Source: Angustibacter luteus (GTDB lineage: Bacteria > Actinomycetota > Actinomycetes > Actinomycetales > Angustibacteraceae). From it: a DNA stretch of 64,000 nucleotides. The DNA lies in NCBI RefSeq assembly GCF_039541115.1, contig NZ_BAABFP010000002.1, positions 930,001 through 994,000 of the forward strand, written 5' to 3'. The notes under the pieces are model-generated. The model was not told where the DNA came from and did no database searches. It saw nothing but the letters and a program-made list of their open reading frames with translations. Both the position numbers and the translations under genes were made by a program. This document shows, piece by piece, positions 40,963-50,893 of the stretch (its first letter is position 1; each line of letters begins with the position of its first letter).

Positions 40963-42203
40963 GACTGGTCTCCGATCAGCATCCAGGCGAACGAGTCGGC
41001 GCCCTGCGGCGCGACCGAGGTGTGCACGGTGGGGTCGGTGGAGTCGGCCGGGCCGGGGCCAGCGGCTCCGAAGGGCACGGACGACGCCGGGGCCGACCCC
41101 GGCCGCGGGGCGTTCTGGGCGCCCCGCACCGAGGACGACGACCCGCGCGGCAGGGTGCACCGCACACCCGTGTTGAGCGGCGGCAGACCGGTGGTCTGCT
41201 GCGGGTCGGTCCGCTTGGTGCCGCCGTACCCCTGCGTGCAGGACGGCGGGTTGTCGACGTTGAGCTGCAGCCCGAAGTGCGCCGTGCCGTCGCCGGGAAC
41301 GACGGTGTAGCCACCCCGGACGACGTCCGGGTAGGTGATGAACATCTGCCGGAGCCCCTTGGTGCGGGTGACCGTGACCTGGCCGACGGTGACCAGGTTG
41401 GTCAGCAGCGCTCCCAGGTTGGTGCGGTTCTCCCGCAGCAGCGCGTCGACCTGCTGGCTGGCGACGACCCCGCGGTCCAGCACGGTGCGCAGGTCGCTGT
41501 CGCTGGTGCGCAGCTGGCCGGACAGGTCGTCCAGGTCGGCGGCGAAGGCACGGATGTCGCTGCCGGACGCCTTCTGGGTGTCCAGCACGGGCTTGCCGTC
41601 CTGGATCAGCCTCGTGGTCTCCGGCAGCGCCTCGCTGGCCGACCGGGTCAGGGCGTCCCCGGCGTCGATCAGCCGCTGCAGGTCGGTGCCGCCGTCCGCG
41701 AACGTCCTGCCCAGCTCGTCGACGGTGGTGCTGAGGTCGTCCCGGTCCACCGACCGGACCAGCCGGTCGACGTCCAGCAGCACCGTGTCGACCCGGGTCG
41801 GGGTCCGGGTGTCATCCCGGGCGATCCGCGAGCCGCCGGTCAGGTAGGGCCGGGCGCTGGTGCGCGGCTGCAGGTCCACGTACTGCTCGCCGACGGCGGA
41901 GCGGTTCTCCACCACCGCGAGGGTGTCCCGCGGCACCTGGGAGCCGCGGCGCATCCGCAGGTCGACCAGCACCCCGCCGTCGGTCAGCCGGAGCCGGTCG
42001 ACCTTGCCGACCGTCACGCCGCGGTAGGTGACCTCGGCGCCGGTGAAGATGCCGCCGGAGTCGCCGAAGTCGGCGGTGACGACGTACGAGCCGCCGGCCA
42101 CCCTGTCGAACAGGCCGACGTAGCGGGCCGAGAGCACGCTGACCGCCACCAGGGCGAGCGCGAGGAACGCGACGAGCTGGATCCGGACTCCACGGGTGAC
42201 CAT
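40959..42203 (-). CDS. MCE family protein (MceF)
   Basis: DSGGIFTGAEVTYRGVTVGKV; SAVGEQYVDL. Confidence 0.92.
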   Translation of the reverse strand: MVTRGVRIQLVAFLALALVAVSVLSARYVGLFDRVAGGSYVVTADFGDSGGIFTGAEVTYRGVTVGKVDRLRLTDGGVLVDLRMRRGSQVPRDTLAVVENRSAVGEQYVDLQPRTSARPYLTGGSRIARDDTRTPTRVDTVLLDVDRLVRSVDRDDLSTTVDELGRTFADGGTDLQRLIDAGDALTRSASEALPETTRLIQDGKPVLDTQKASGSDIRAFAADLDDLSGQLRTSDSDLRTVLDRGVVASQQVDALLRENRTNLGALLTNLVTVGQVTVTRTKGLRQMFITYPDVVRGGYTVVPGDGTAHFGLQLNVDNPPSCTQGYGGTKRTDPQQTTGLPPLNTGVRCTLPRGSSSSVRGAQNAPRPGSAPASSVPFGAAGPGPADSTDPTVHTSVAPQGADSFAWMLIGDQS

Positions 42204-43612
42204 CAGGCAGCACCTCCCAGCAGCAGCCCGGCGAGGTCGGTACCGGACTGGCCGGCCCCGCCGGACTTCCCCTCACCGCTGCCGGACGAGCCCAGGCACA
42301 GGACGCCGGGCAGGCAGATCCCGCCGCCGGAGCCGCCCCCGGTGGGGCTTGGCGCGGGCGCGGGCTTGGCCGCGGTCCTGGTCCAGCCCTTCGGGCAGGT
42401 CACGCCGCGGAACGGCAGCACCAGGGCCTTGACGGTGTCGTTGCGGCACTGGACGGTCAGGTCGCCGGGGGCGATCGCGGCCGGGCACTTCGCGCCCGGG
42501 AACTGGACGAGCTGGCCGAGGATCGTGCACGGGATGGACTTCACGTCGGGCAGCTGCGGCAGCGTGCCGAGTCCGGGGATCCCGGGCAACGGGCCGCTCG
42601 GGCCGGTCGGCAGGTCGAGCAGGGAGCGGGCGTCCAGGTCCGCGGTGATCCACAGGTTGGTGTAGTCGCCCTTGACGCCGTCGACCGCCGAGTCGGGGAA
42701 CGGGTAGGTGAGCAGCAGCTGCAGCGACTTCGGCAGGTCGTCGCCGGCGTCGTTCAGGGCCTTGAGCACGGGCTTGAGCGCGCTCAGGTTGGCCACCGTG
42801 TCGTCCTTGGACGCCTTGATGACCCGCGAGCCGACGTCGCCCAGCCGGTCGAGCGAGGTGAGCAGCGCGGTGAGCTGCTTGCGCTGGTCGGCGAGCACCT
42901 TGAGCCCGCCGGGCAGCTGGTCCAGCGCGGTCGCGATGTCGTCGCGCTGCGCGGCGAGGCGGGCGGCGAGCCGGTCGACCGAGTCCAGGGCCCGGTTGAT
43001 CTCGGCTTTCTGCGAGTCCAGCGACCCGACCAGGGTGTCGAGCTTGCTGAGCAGGTCGCGCACCGCGGGCTCGTTGCCGGTCAGGGCCTGGTTGAGCTCG
43101 GTCTCGATGATCTTCAGCTGGGCCACCCCGCCGCCGTTGAGCAGCATCGACATGGCGCCGAGGACCTCCTCGACCTCCGGGTTGCGGCCCGATCGGGCCA
43201 GCGGGATCACGTCGCCGTCGGACAGCCGACCGACCGCCGTGGCGTCCGTCGGGGCCTGCAGCGAGACGTACTTCTCGCCGAGCAGGCTGGTCTGCTTCAG
43301 CTCGGCGGTCGCGTTGTCCGGCAGCTTCACCGAGTCCTCGAGGCGCACCGTGACCCGCGCCGTCCAGCCGTCCAGCGCGATCTTCTCGACCGAGCCGACC
43401 GTGACGTCACCGACCTTGACCGCCGACTGCGGCACCAGGTCGAGGACGTCCGCGAACTGCACGGTCACCCGGTAGATGTCGCCGCGGCCCGCGACCCCGC
43501 CGGGCAGCGCGACGTCGTACGCGCCCTGGCAGCCGCCGAGCAGCAGCGCGACGGCGCCGGCGACGACCGCGAGCGCAGCCGTTCGCAGCCGGGGGCTCAT
43601 GCGGGGGCTCAT
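42203..43612 (-). CDS. MCE family lipoprotein (MceE/LprK-like)
   Basis: Lipobox LGGC; QTSLLGEKYV; ATG at 43612 overlaps mceD stop. Confidence 0.92.
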   Translation of the reverse strand: MSPRMSPRLRTAALAVVAGAVALLLGGCQGAYDVALPGGVAGRGDIYRVTVQFADVLDLVPQSAVKVGDVTVGSVEKIALDGWTARVTVRLEDSVKLPDNATAELKQTSLLGEKYVSLQAPTDATAVGRLSDGDVIPLARSGRNPEVEEVLGAMSMLLNGGGVAQLKIIETELNQALTGNEPAVRDLLSKLDTLVGSLDSQKAEINRALDSVDRLAARLAAQRDDIATALDQLPGGLKVLADQRKQLTALLTSLDRLGDVGSRVIKASKDDTVANLSALKPVLKALNDAGDDLPKSLQLLLTYPFPDSAVDGVKGDYTNLWITADLDARSLLDLPTGPSGPLPGIPGLGTLPQLPDVKSIPCTILGQLVQFPGAKCPAAIAPGDLTVQCRNDTVKALVLPFRGVTCPKGWTRTAAKPAPAPSPTGGGSGGGICLPGVLCLGSSGSGEGKSGGAGQSGTDLAGLLLGGAA

Positions 43613-44745
43613 CGCCCGCTCCCCAGGATGCCGGCCAGCGTCGGGTCGGACTGGATCAGCGGTGACAGCAGCGGGCCGAGCGCCTTCTGGCAGGCGGTGG
43701 CCTGGCTGACCTGCTGGTTGATCAGCCCGCAGAGCAGCTCGTCGGGGTGCTTGAGCTGGTCGGCGTTGTCCCGGACGTCGAGCGTGCCGGAGGCCGGGTT
43801 GTAGGCGTTCTGCAGGTTCGACAGCGCGACGGGCGCGTTGTCCAGCAGCTCGGCGAGCTGGTTGCGGTCGGCGGCGATGGTGCCGGTCACCGAGGTCAGG
43901 TCCGCGACGTCCGTCGTGAGCACCGAGCGGTTGTCCGCGACGAACGTGGACACCTCGTTCAGGGCGACGGCGAGGTTCTTCAGGGCCAGCCCGAGGTCGT
44001 CCTTCTCGCCGTTCAGCTGGTCGGCGACGGAGGCCAGGTCGGTGTTCAGCCGGCGCACCTGCGGGTCGTTCGCGGCCAGTGTGCTGGTGAAGGTCTGCAG
44101 GTTCTTCACGGTGCTGAACAGGTCGCCCCGGCTGCCCGAGACGGTGCCGAGCGCGAGGGAGAGCTGGTGCACGGCCTCGTTCGCCTTGTCGCCCTCGCCA
44201 CCCAGGTTGTCGGCGCTGGTGGCCAGCAGCCGGGACAGCGAGCCGTCGGCGTTGGCGCCCTTGGGCCCGAGGGCGGTGCTCAGGTCGTCCAGGCTCTGGG
44301 TGACCCGGTCCAGCTCGACCGGGACGGCGGTGCGCTCGATCGGGATGTCTGCGTGGTCGGCCAGCTTCGCGCCGCCGGTGTAGGCGGGCAGCAGCTGCAC
44401 GTACCGGTCGCTGACCAGGGACGGCGAGAGCACGGCGGCCTGCGCATCGGCCGGGATGGTGACGTCGCCCTTGACCTTCAGCGTCACCTCGACCTGCTCG
44501 CCCTGCGGCCGGACCCGCTCGACCGTGCCCACCGGCACGCCCAGCACGCGCACCTGGCTGCCCTCGTAGAGGCCGACGGCCCGGGTGAAGTGCGCGGTGA
44601 TCGTGCGGTCCGGCGTCGAGGGCCACAGCACGAACGCGGCCGCGGCCAGGACGCCGACCACGAGGACGCCGGCCAGCACCTTGCGCAGGTCGAGACCGCG
44701 CAGGTCGGGCAGGTCGGGCAGGTTCGAGACGCGGGGCCGCTTCAC
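43609..44745 (-). CDS. MCE family protein (MceD)
   Basis: AVGLYEGSQVRVLGVPVG; SLVSDRYVQL; GTGA overlap. Confidence 0.92.
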   Translation of the reverse strand: MKRPRVSNLPDLPDLRGLDLRKVLAGVLVVGVLAAAAFVLWPSTPDRTITAHFTRAVGLYEGSQVRVLGVPVGTVERVRPQGEQVEVTLKVKGDVTIPADAQAAVLSPSLVSDRYVQLLPAYTGGAKLADHADIPIERTAVPVELDRVTQSLDDLSTALGPKGANADGSLSRLLATSADNLGGEGDKANEAVHQLSLALGTVSGSRGDLFSTVKNLQTFTSTLAANDPQVRRLNTDLASVADQLNGEKDDLGLALKNLAVALNEVSTFVADNRSVLTTDVADLTSVTGTIAADRNQLAELLDNAPVALSNLQNAYNPASGTLDVRDNADQLKHPDELLCGLINQQVSQATACQKALGPLLSPLIQSDPTLAGILGSGR

Positions 44746-45722
44746 TTGCCACCTCCGGTGATCGTGCCGCCGACGGGGACCAGGTTCGGGATGTAGGTGT
44801 CGAACCAGCGGCCGTTGCCGAGGGTGTTCGCGAAGACCCGGGTGAACGGCGCCATGGCCTTGATCCCGGCGTCCAGGTCGTCCTGGTGCTTGCGCAGCGT
44901 GGCCAGCACGCCCTGCAGCTCGGTCAGGGCCGGCGTCAGCTGGGCCCGGTTGTCCCGCACCAGGCCGGTGATCTGCGCGGCGAGCGCCGCGGTGTTGGTG
45001 AGCAGGGTGTGGATCGCGGCCCGGCGCTTCTGCAGCTCGAGCAGCAGCAGGTCGCCGTCCTTGATCAGCGACTCGACCTCGCCGTTGCGCGCGGCCAGGG
45101 TGCCGGACACGTCCTTGGCGTGCGCGAGCAGCTCGGCCAGCTCCTGGTCGCGCGAGGAGATGGTCCTGGACAGCCGGGTCAGGCCCTCGAGCGAGGCCTT
45201 GACCTGGGGCGGGCTGTCCTTGAACTCGGTGGCGATGACGTCCAGCGACTTCGACAGCTGCGGGACGTCGATCGCCTCCGTGGTGGTGGTGAGGTCGCTG
45301 AAGGCGTCGATGACGTCGTACGACGGGGTGGTGCGGCTGGTCGGGATCGTCGTCCCGGCCTTCAGCTGGCCCGGGCCCTGGGGGTCGAGCGCGAGGTACT
45401 TCTGGCCCAGCAGCGTCTTGAGCTTGACCGCGGCCGCGGTCCGGGAGCCGAAGTGGGCGGGCTCGGTGATCTTGAACGAGATCAGCACCTGCGCGCCGTC
45501 CAGCTCGATCTTCTTGACCTTGCCGACCTTCACCCCGGCGACCAGGACGTCGTCGCCGGTCTTCAGCCCGCCGACCTCGGTGAAGGCGGCCCGGTAGGTG
45601 TCGCCGCGGCCGAGCAGCGGCAGCTTCTGCACGTTGAAGGCGGCCAGCAGCAGGGCGCCGATCAGCAGCAGCCCGACGGCCCCGATGGGCACCGGGTTGC
45701 GCTCGCGGAAGGGGGTGCTCAC
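44742..45722 (-). CDS. MCE family protein (MceC)
   Basis: FRERNP; GGLKTGDDVLVAGVKVG; TLLGQKYL. Confidence 0.92.
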   Translation of the reverse strand: MSTPFRERNPVPIGAVGLLLIGALLLAAFNVQKLPLLGRGDTYRAAFTEVGGLKTGDDVLVAGVKVGKVKKIELDGAQVLISFKITEPAHFGSRTAAAVKLKTLLGQKYLALDPQGPGQLKAGTTIPTSRTTPSYDVIDAFSDLTTTTEAIDVPQLSKSLDVIATEFKDSPPQVKASLEGLTRLSRTISSRDQELAELLAHAKDVSGTLAARNGEVESLIKDGDLLLLELQKRRAAIHTLLTNTAALAAQITGLVRDNRAQLTPALTELQGVLATLRKHQDDLDAGIKAMAPFTRVFANTLGNGRWFDTYIPNLVPVGGTITGGGK

Positions 45723-46774
45723 TTGCCGACACCTCCGCACCGGGCGGCGCCGTTGGACACGACGTCCACCGGGAGGCGGGTGTCCTTGCCCAGCCCGAGG
45801 ACGCCGGTGGGCAGCACGACCGACCCGTCGAACGAGCAGAGGTAGAAGTTGAACCAGGAGCCGTACGTGGCGGTGCGGGTCAGGGTGTTGACCTTGCCGG
45901 GCCAGGTGTCCATGAAGTGCTCGAAGACCTTCGTGTTCTCGGGCTTGTTGAGCGTCGTCGAGAGCTTGCCCAGGTTCGCGATGTCCGCCTTCAGCGGCGG
46001 GCGGGCCTGGCTGAGCAGCCCGGCGGTGTCGGCGGCGAGCCCGTTGATCGAGGTGAGCGAGCTGCCGATGGCCACCCGGTCGGCGGACAGCCCGGACACG
46101 AACCGCTGCAGCTGCACCAGGAGCTGGTCCAGCTGGTCGTCGCGGGCGTCGACGGTGCCGAGCACCTGGTTGAGGTTGCTGATGGTCCGGCCGATCACGG
46201 CGTCCCGGTCGGCGACGGACGACGTCAGCGACGCGGTGTGCGCGAGCAGGCTGTTGATGGTGCCGCCCTCACCCTGCAGGACCTGGATGATCTCGCCGGA
46301 CAGCTGGTTGACGTCCTGCGGCGACAGCGCGGCGAACAGCGGCTTGAACCCGTTGAACAGCACCGTCAGGTCCAGCGCCGGTTGGGTCCGCTCGATCGGG
46401 ATGGTCGCCCCCGACCGCAGCTGGTTCCCCGCACCGGCCCCCTGCACCAGTGCGACGTACCGCTGCCCGATCAGGTTGCGGTAGCGGACGACGACCTGCG
46501 TCGTGTCCGTCAGCGGGTGGTCGGTGTCGACGTCCAGGGTGACCAGGGCGCGGCTGCGCCCGCTCAGCCCGATGTCCTTGACCCGGCCGACCGGCACCCC
46601 GGCGATCCGGACGTCGTCGCCCTTGGCCAGCCCGGTCGCGTCGGCCAGCACCGCCTTGTACTGGGTGCGGTCGCCGCCGGCGATGGGCGAGATGGTGAGC
46701 GCGAGCATGCCGAACGCGGCGATCGTCGCCACGGCGAAGACCACCAGCTTGATCAGGCTGGACGTCGTCCTCAC
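45719..46774 (-). CDS. MCE family protein (MceB)
   Basis: DATGLAKGDDVRIAGVPVG; YRNLIGQRY; YGSWFNFYLC. Confidence 0.92.
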   Translation of the reverse strand: MRTTSSLIKLVVFAVATIAAFGMLALTISPIAGGDRTQYKAVLADATGLAKGDDVRIAGVPVGRVKDIGLSGRSRALVTLDVDTDHPLTDTTQVVVRYRNLIGQRYVALVQGAGAGNQLRSGATIPIERTQPALDLTVLFNGFKPLFAALSPQDVNQLSGEIIQVLQGEGGTINSLLAHTASLTSSVADRDAVIGRTISNLNQVLGTVDARDDQLDQLLVQLQRFVSGLSADRVAIGSSLTSINGLAADTAGLLSQARPPLKADIANLGKLSTTLNKPENTKVFEHFMDTWPGKVNTLTRTATYGSWFNFYLCSFDGSVVLPTGVLGLGKDTRLPVDVVSNGAARCGGVGK

Positions 46775-48114
46775 GAGGCGTCCTGGTTGACCTCGGTACC
46801 GCGCACCAGTGGGCCGAGCAGCAGGTTCGAGATGTCCGGCATGGCGTCGGGGCTGGTGCCCATCGCGGGCGCGAACAGCGCGTCCGTGACGGCCTGCTCC
46901 CCCGCCGTCCCGGCGTCCCCGCTCTGCGGGTCCGTGTACGCCGCCCCGTCGGCGAACGAGCTCGGCAGCGCGCTGGCGCTGGACGCCCGGTAGACGTTGG
47001 CGGTGCCGTCCGGGATGTAGTCGCCGGTGTACGGGTGCGCCTGCGAGCCCGCCTTGCCCGGCAGGCCCTTGCAGTCGGGCGCGCGGTTCGCGATCCAGGC
47101 GGGCTCCTCGCCGGGCTGGTACGCCGGCCGCTGCGGCACGACCTCGAGGGTGATGTGCAGCGAGCTGTCCCCGAACGCCTGGTCGATGCGCGGCACCCAA
47201 CCGGCCAGCCCCTGGGCGAAGCAGGCGTAGATCGGCGAGTACCGCTTCAACAGGTCGAGGGTCGGGCGGCTGACCCGGCCGAGCCGGATGATCCGGTCCT
47301 CGTTCTCGTTCAGCACGGACGTCGCGGTGTTGGCGAAGCCGGTGGTGCCGGCCAGGAACCCGGCGAGCGCGCTCTGCTTCTCGACCAGGGTCTGGCTGGT
47401 CACCGACAGGTTGCGCGCCATCTTCAGCAGGTCGGGCGCGGCGTCGGCGTAGATCGAGGCCACGTCGGCGAGCCCGCTGATGTCCTGCTTCAGGGTCGGC
47501 AGGTTCGGGTTGAACGCGGTCAGGAACTTGTCGGCCAGCACCAGGTTCTCGCCGAGCGGCTTGCCGCGGCCCTCCAGCGCGGTCGCCATCGCGTTCAGCG
47601 TGGTCGCCAGCTGGGCCGGCTTCACCGTGCGCAGCAGCGGCAGCAGGTTGTCGAAGACCTGCTCGAGCTCGATGGCCACGCTGGTGCGGTCCTGGCCGAT
47701 CACGTCGCCGGCCCGCAACGGCGTGCGGGCAGGGTCGTCCGGCGTCACCAGGTCGACGTACCGCTCACCGAACAGCGTCTTGGGCAGCAGCCGGGCACTC
47801 ACGTTGGCCGGGATGGCACCGACCTGGTCGGGCTGCAGGGCGAGCTCGATCTGCGCACCGTCGCCGACGTGCTCGATCTTGCGGACCTGCCCGACCACCA
47901 GCCCGCGGATCTTCACGTCCGAGGTGGTCTGCAGCTGGTTGCCGATGTGGTCGGTCCTGAGGGTCACCAGGGTGACCGGGGTGAACCGCTGCTGGTACAT
48001 GGCGACGGACAGCGCGAGCAGCAGCGCGAGGACCAGCAGGAACACCAGCCCGTACGCGTGCGTGGAGTAGCGGGCCAGGGCGCGCCCGGCCGGCTGCTTC
48101 GCTGCCATGTGCAT
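46771..48114 (-). CDS. MCE family protein (MceA)
   Basis: DVKIRGLVVGQV; PKTLFGERYVDL. Confidence 0.92.
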   Translation of the reverse strand: MHMAAKQPAGRALARYSTHAYGLVFLLVLALLLALSVAMYQQRFTPVTLVTLRTDHIGNQLQTTSDVKIRGLVVGQVRKIEHVGDGAQIELALQPDQVGAIPANVSARLLPKTLFGERYVDLVTPDDPARTPLRAGDVIGQDRTSVAIELEQVFDNLLPLLRTVKPAQLATTLNAMATALEGRGKPLGENLVLADKFLTAFNPNLPTLKQDISGLADVASIYADAAPDLLKMARNLSVTSQTLVEKQSALAGFLAGTTGFANTATSVLNENEDRIIRLGRVSRPTLDLLKRYSPIYACFAQGLAGWVPRIDQAFGDSSLHITLEVVPQRPAYQPGEEPAWIANRAPDCKGLPGKAGSQAHPYTGDYIPDGTANVYRASSASALPSSFADGAAYTDPQSGDAGTAGEQAVTDALFAPAMGTSPDAMPDISNLLLGPLVRGTEVNQDAS

Positions 48115-48119
48115 CGTCG

Positions 48120-48962
48120 CTACCCCGCGATCCGCACGGTGGTGGTGGCGCCCCAGATGGCCAGCGACAGGAAGAAGTCGACGATGTTGATCGCCACGAT
48201 CGACGTCCGGACGGCCTTGCCGACCGCGACGCCGACGCCGGCCGGGCCGCCGCTGGCGGTGTAGCCGTAGTAGCAGTGGATCAGGATGATCACGACGGCG
48301 AAGACCAGCACCTTGAGGAACGACCACAGGACGTCGCCGGGCGGCAGGAACAGGTGGAAGTAGTGGTCGTACGTGCCCGTGGACTGCCCGAAGTACTGGG
48401 TGGTGATGAAGCGGGTCGCGAAGTACGACGACAGGAGGCCGACCACGTACAGCGGCATCACCGCGATGAACCCGGCGATCATCCGGGTGGTCACCAGGAA
48501 GGGCAGGCTCGGCAGTCCCATCACCTCGAGGGCGTCGACCTCCTCGCTGATCCGCATCGCACCGAGCTGGGCGGTGAAGCCGCAGCCGACGGTGGCCGCG
48601 AGCGCCAGGCCGGCGACCAGCGGGGCGATCTCGCGGGTGTTGAAGTAGGCCGAGATGAAGCCGGTGAACGCGCCGGTGCCGAGCTGGTTGAGCGCGCTGT
48701 AGCCCTGCAGCCCGACCTCGGTGCCGGTGAAGAAGGCCAGGAAGGTGATGACGCCGACGGTGCCGCCGATGACCGACAGGGCGCCCGTGCCGAGGCTGAC
48801 CTCGGCCAGCAGGCGCATGATCTCCTTCTTGTAGCGGCGGATCGTGCGCGGCGTCCAGGCGAGCGAGCGCACGTAGAAGCGCAGCTGGCCGCCGAGGCTG
48901 TCCAGGCCCTCGACCGGCTTGCGCGCCGTGTCGGCCACCTTGGTCCCGATGCTGGTCATCAC
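48120..48962 (-). CDS. YrbE/MlaE family permease (YrbEB)
   Basis: REIAP; AQLGAMRISEEVDALE; GGPAGVG. Confidence 0.93.
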   Translation of the reverse strand: MMTSIGTKVADTARKPVEGLDSLGGQLRFYVRSLAWTPRTIRRYKKEIMRLLAEVSLGTGALSVIGGTVGVITFLAFFTGTEVGLQGYSALNQLGTGAFTGFISAYFNTREIAPLVAGLALAATVGCGFTAQLGAMRISEEVDALEVMGLPSLPFLVTTRMIAGFIAVMPLYVVGLLSSYFATRFITTQYFGQSTGTYDHYFHLFLPPGDVLWSFLKVLVFAVVIILIHCYYGYTASGGPAGVGVAVGKAVRTSIVAINIVDFFLSLAIWGATTTVRIAG

Positions 48963-48963
48963 G

Positions 48964-49737
48964 TCACCCGAGCTTCTGCGGGACGACCTGGAAGTACACG
49001 GCCGTCAGGACGAAGTTGACGACGAACAGCAGCATGAAGGTGATGACGACGGACTGGTTGACCGCGTCGCCCACCCCCTTCGGGCCGCCGCCGGCGGTGA
49101 GCCCCTTGTACGAGGCGACGATCGCCGCGATGGCGCCGAAGATCAGCGCCTTGATCTCGCCGGAGCCGAGGTCGGCCACCTGCGCGAGCGCGGTGAACGA
49201 CGCGAGGTACGCGCCCGGCGTCCCGCCCTGCAGGACGACGTTGAAGAAGTAGCCGCCGATCACCCCGACCACCGAGACCAGCCCGTTCAGCAGCAGCGCG
49301 ACGAGCATCGAGGCCAGCACCCGCGGGACGACGAGCCGCTGGATCGGGCTGATGCCCAGCACCTCCATGGCGTCGATCTCCTCGCGGATCTTGCGGGACC
49401 CGAGGTCCGCGCAGATCGCTGAGCCCCCTGCGCCCGCGATCAGCAGGGCCGTGACGATCGGGCTGGCCTCGCGGATGATCGCCAGGACGGACGCCGCGCC
49501 GGTGTAGGACTGCGCGCCGAGCTGGCGGGTCAGGCTGCCGAGCTGCAGCGCGATGACCGCGCCGAACGGGATGGAGACCAGCGCCGTGGGCAGGATCGTG
49601 ACGCTCGCGATGAACCAGGACTGCTGGATGAACTCCTTGCCCTGGAACGGCCGACGGGGCAGGGCTCGCAGCACGTCGAGGGCGAGCGCGAAGAGGTTGC
49701 CGGACTGCCGCAGGGCGCCGGTGACCGGCGCGCTCAC
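48964..49737 (-). CDS. YrbE/MlaE family permease (YrbEA)
   Basis: ICADLGSRKIREEIDAME; GGPKGVGDAVN. Confidence 0.93.
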   Translation of the reverse strand: MSAPVTGALRQSGNLFALALDVLRALPRRPFQGKEFIQQSWFIASVTILPTALVSIPFGAVIALQLGSLTRQLGAQSYTGAASVLAIIREASPIVTALLIAGAGGSAICADLGSRKIREEIDAMEVLGISPIQRLVVPRVLASMLVALLLNGLVSVVGVIGGYFFNVVLQGGTPGAYLASFTALAQVADLGSGEIKALIFGAIAAIVASYKGLTAGGGPKGVGDAVNQSVVITFMLLFVVNFVLTAVYFQVVPQKLG

Positions 49738-50690
49738 GACGCCACCGGCTCGGACATGGAGTCGTCGCTGAACGAGCGCGGCGGCGGCGTCACGCCGTTA
49801 TCCCGGCACCACCCACCGGGCTCGCGCTGGTGGCGACGCACGGTGCCGTCGCTGGTGCCGAGCTGCATCGGGATCGGCGGCAGCGGCGGCAGCTCCTGGC
49901 CGGACTCGGCCGCCAGCTCGTCGGCGTCCTTCTCCTCGCTCATCCCGATCGGCCCGATCCGCTGGGCGTTCAGGAACTGCCGGACGACGGGCTCCTCGCT
50001 GCTCAGCAGCATCTCGCGCGGGCCGAACATGGCGAGGTGGCGGTGGTACAGCAGGCCGATGTTGTCCGGCACGGTGCGGGCGGTGTTGATGTCGTGCGTG
50101 ACGATCAGGAACGTCGCGTCGATCTGCGCGTTGAGGTCGACGATCAGCTGGTTCAGGTAGGCCGTGCGCACGGGGTCGAGGCCGGAGTCGGGCTCGTCGA
50201 ACAGGATGATCTCGGGGTCGAGCACCAGCGCGCGGGCCAGTCCGGCGCGCTTGCGCATGCCGCCGGAGATCTCGCCGGGCAGCTTGTCCTCGGCGCCCTG
50301 CAGCCCGACGAGCTCGAACTTCTCGTTGACGATCTGGCGGATCTCGGACTCGGACTTGCGGGTGTGCTCGCGCAGCGGGAAGGCGATGTTGTCGTACAGG
50401 CTCATCGAGCCGAACAGCGCGCCGTCCTGGAAGAGGACGCCGAACAGCTTGCGGATCTCGTAGAGGTCGCTCTCGCGCAGCGTGACGAGGTCACGGCCCT
50501 CGATGAAGATGGACCCGCGGTCCGGCTTGAGCAGGCCGACCAGCGTCTTGAGGAACACGGACTTGCCCGTGCCCGAGGGCCCGAGCATGACGGAGATCTC
50601 CCCGGCAGGGAGCGTCAGTGTGACGTCCTGCCAGATCGTCTGCGAGCCGAAGGACTTGGTCAGTCCCTCGACACGGATCTCGACTCCCAC
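49734..50690 (-). CDS. mkl: Mce ATPase (Mkl/MceG, MlaF family)
   Basis: GPSGTGKS, FQDGALFGS, ISGGMRKRAGLARAL, GPIGMSEEKD. Confidence 0.9.
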   Translation of the reverse strand: MGVEIRVEGLTKSFGSQTIWQDVTLTLPAGEISVMLGPSGTGKSVFLKTLVGLLKPDRGSIFIEGRDLVTLRESDLYEIRKLFGVLFQDGALFGSMSLYDNIAFPLREHTRKSESEIRQIVNEKFELVGLQGAEDKLPGEISGGMRKRAGLARALVLDPEIILFDEPDSGLDPVRTAYLNQLIVDLNAQIDATFLIVTHDINTARTVPDNIGLLYHRHLAMFGPREMLLSSEEPVVRQFLNAQRIGPIGMSEEKDADELAAESGQELPPLPPIPMQLGTSDGTVRRHQREPGGWCRDNGVTPPPRSFSDDSMSEPVAS

Positions 50691-50893
50691 GTGTGTCCAC
50701 CCCTCGTCGCTGAGGATCCCTGCAGGGTGCTCAACGAGCGGGTGGCGCGGAGGTTACGGGCGGGCACGGTCCTCGCGCGTGCCAGGAGAGCATCCAGCGT
50801 TGCTCTTGGCAGGACAACCGTGTGGTCAGACCACGGCAACATCCCTGCCGGTCCCATGAGGGCAGCCGTGTTGGTTGCAGCCCAGTCGTGCGG

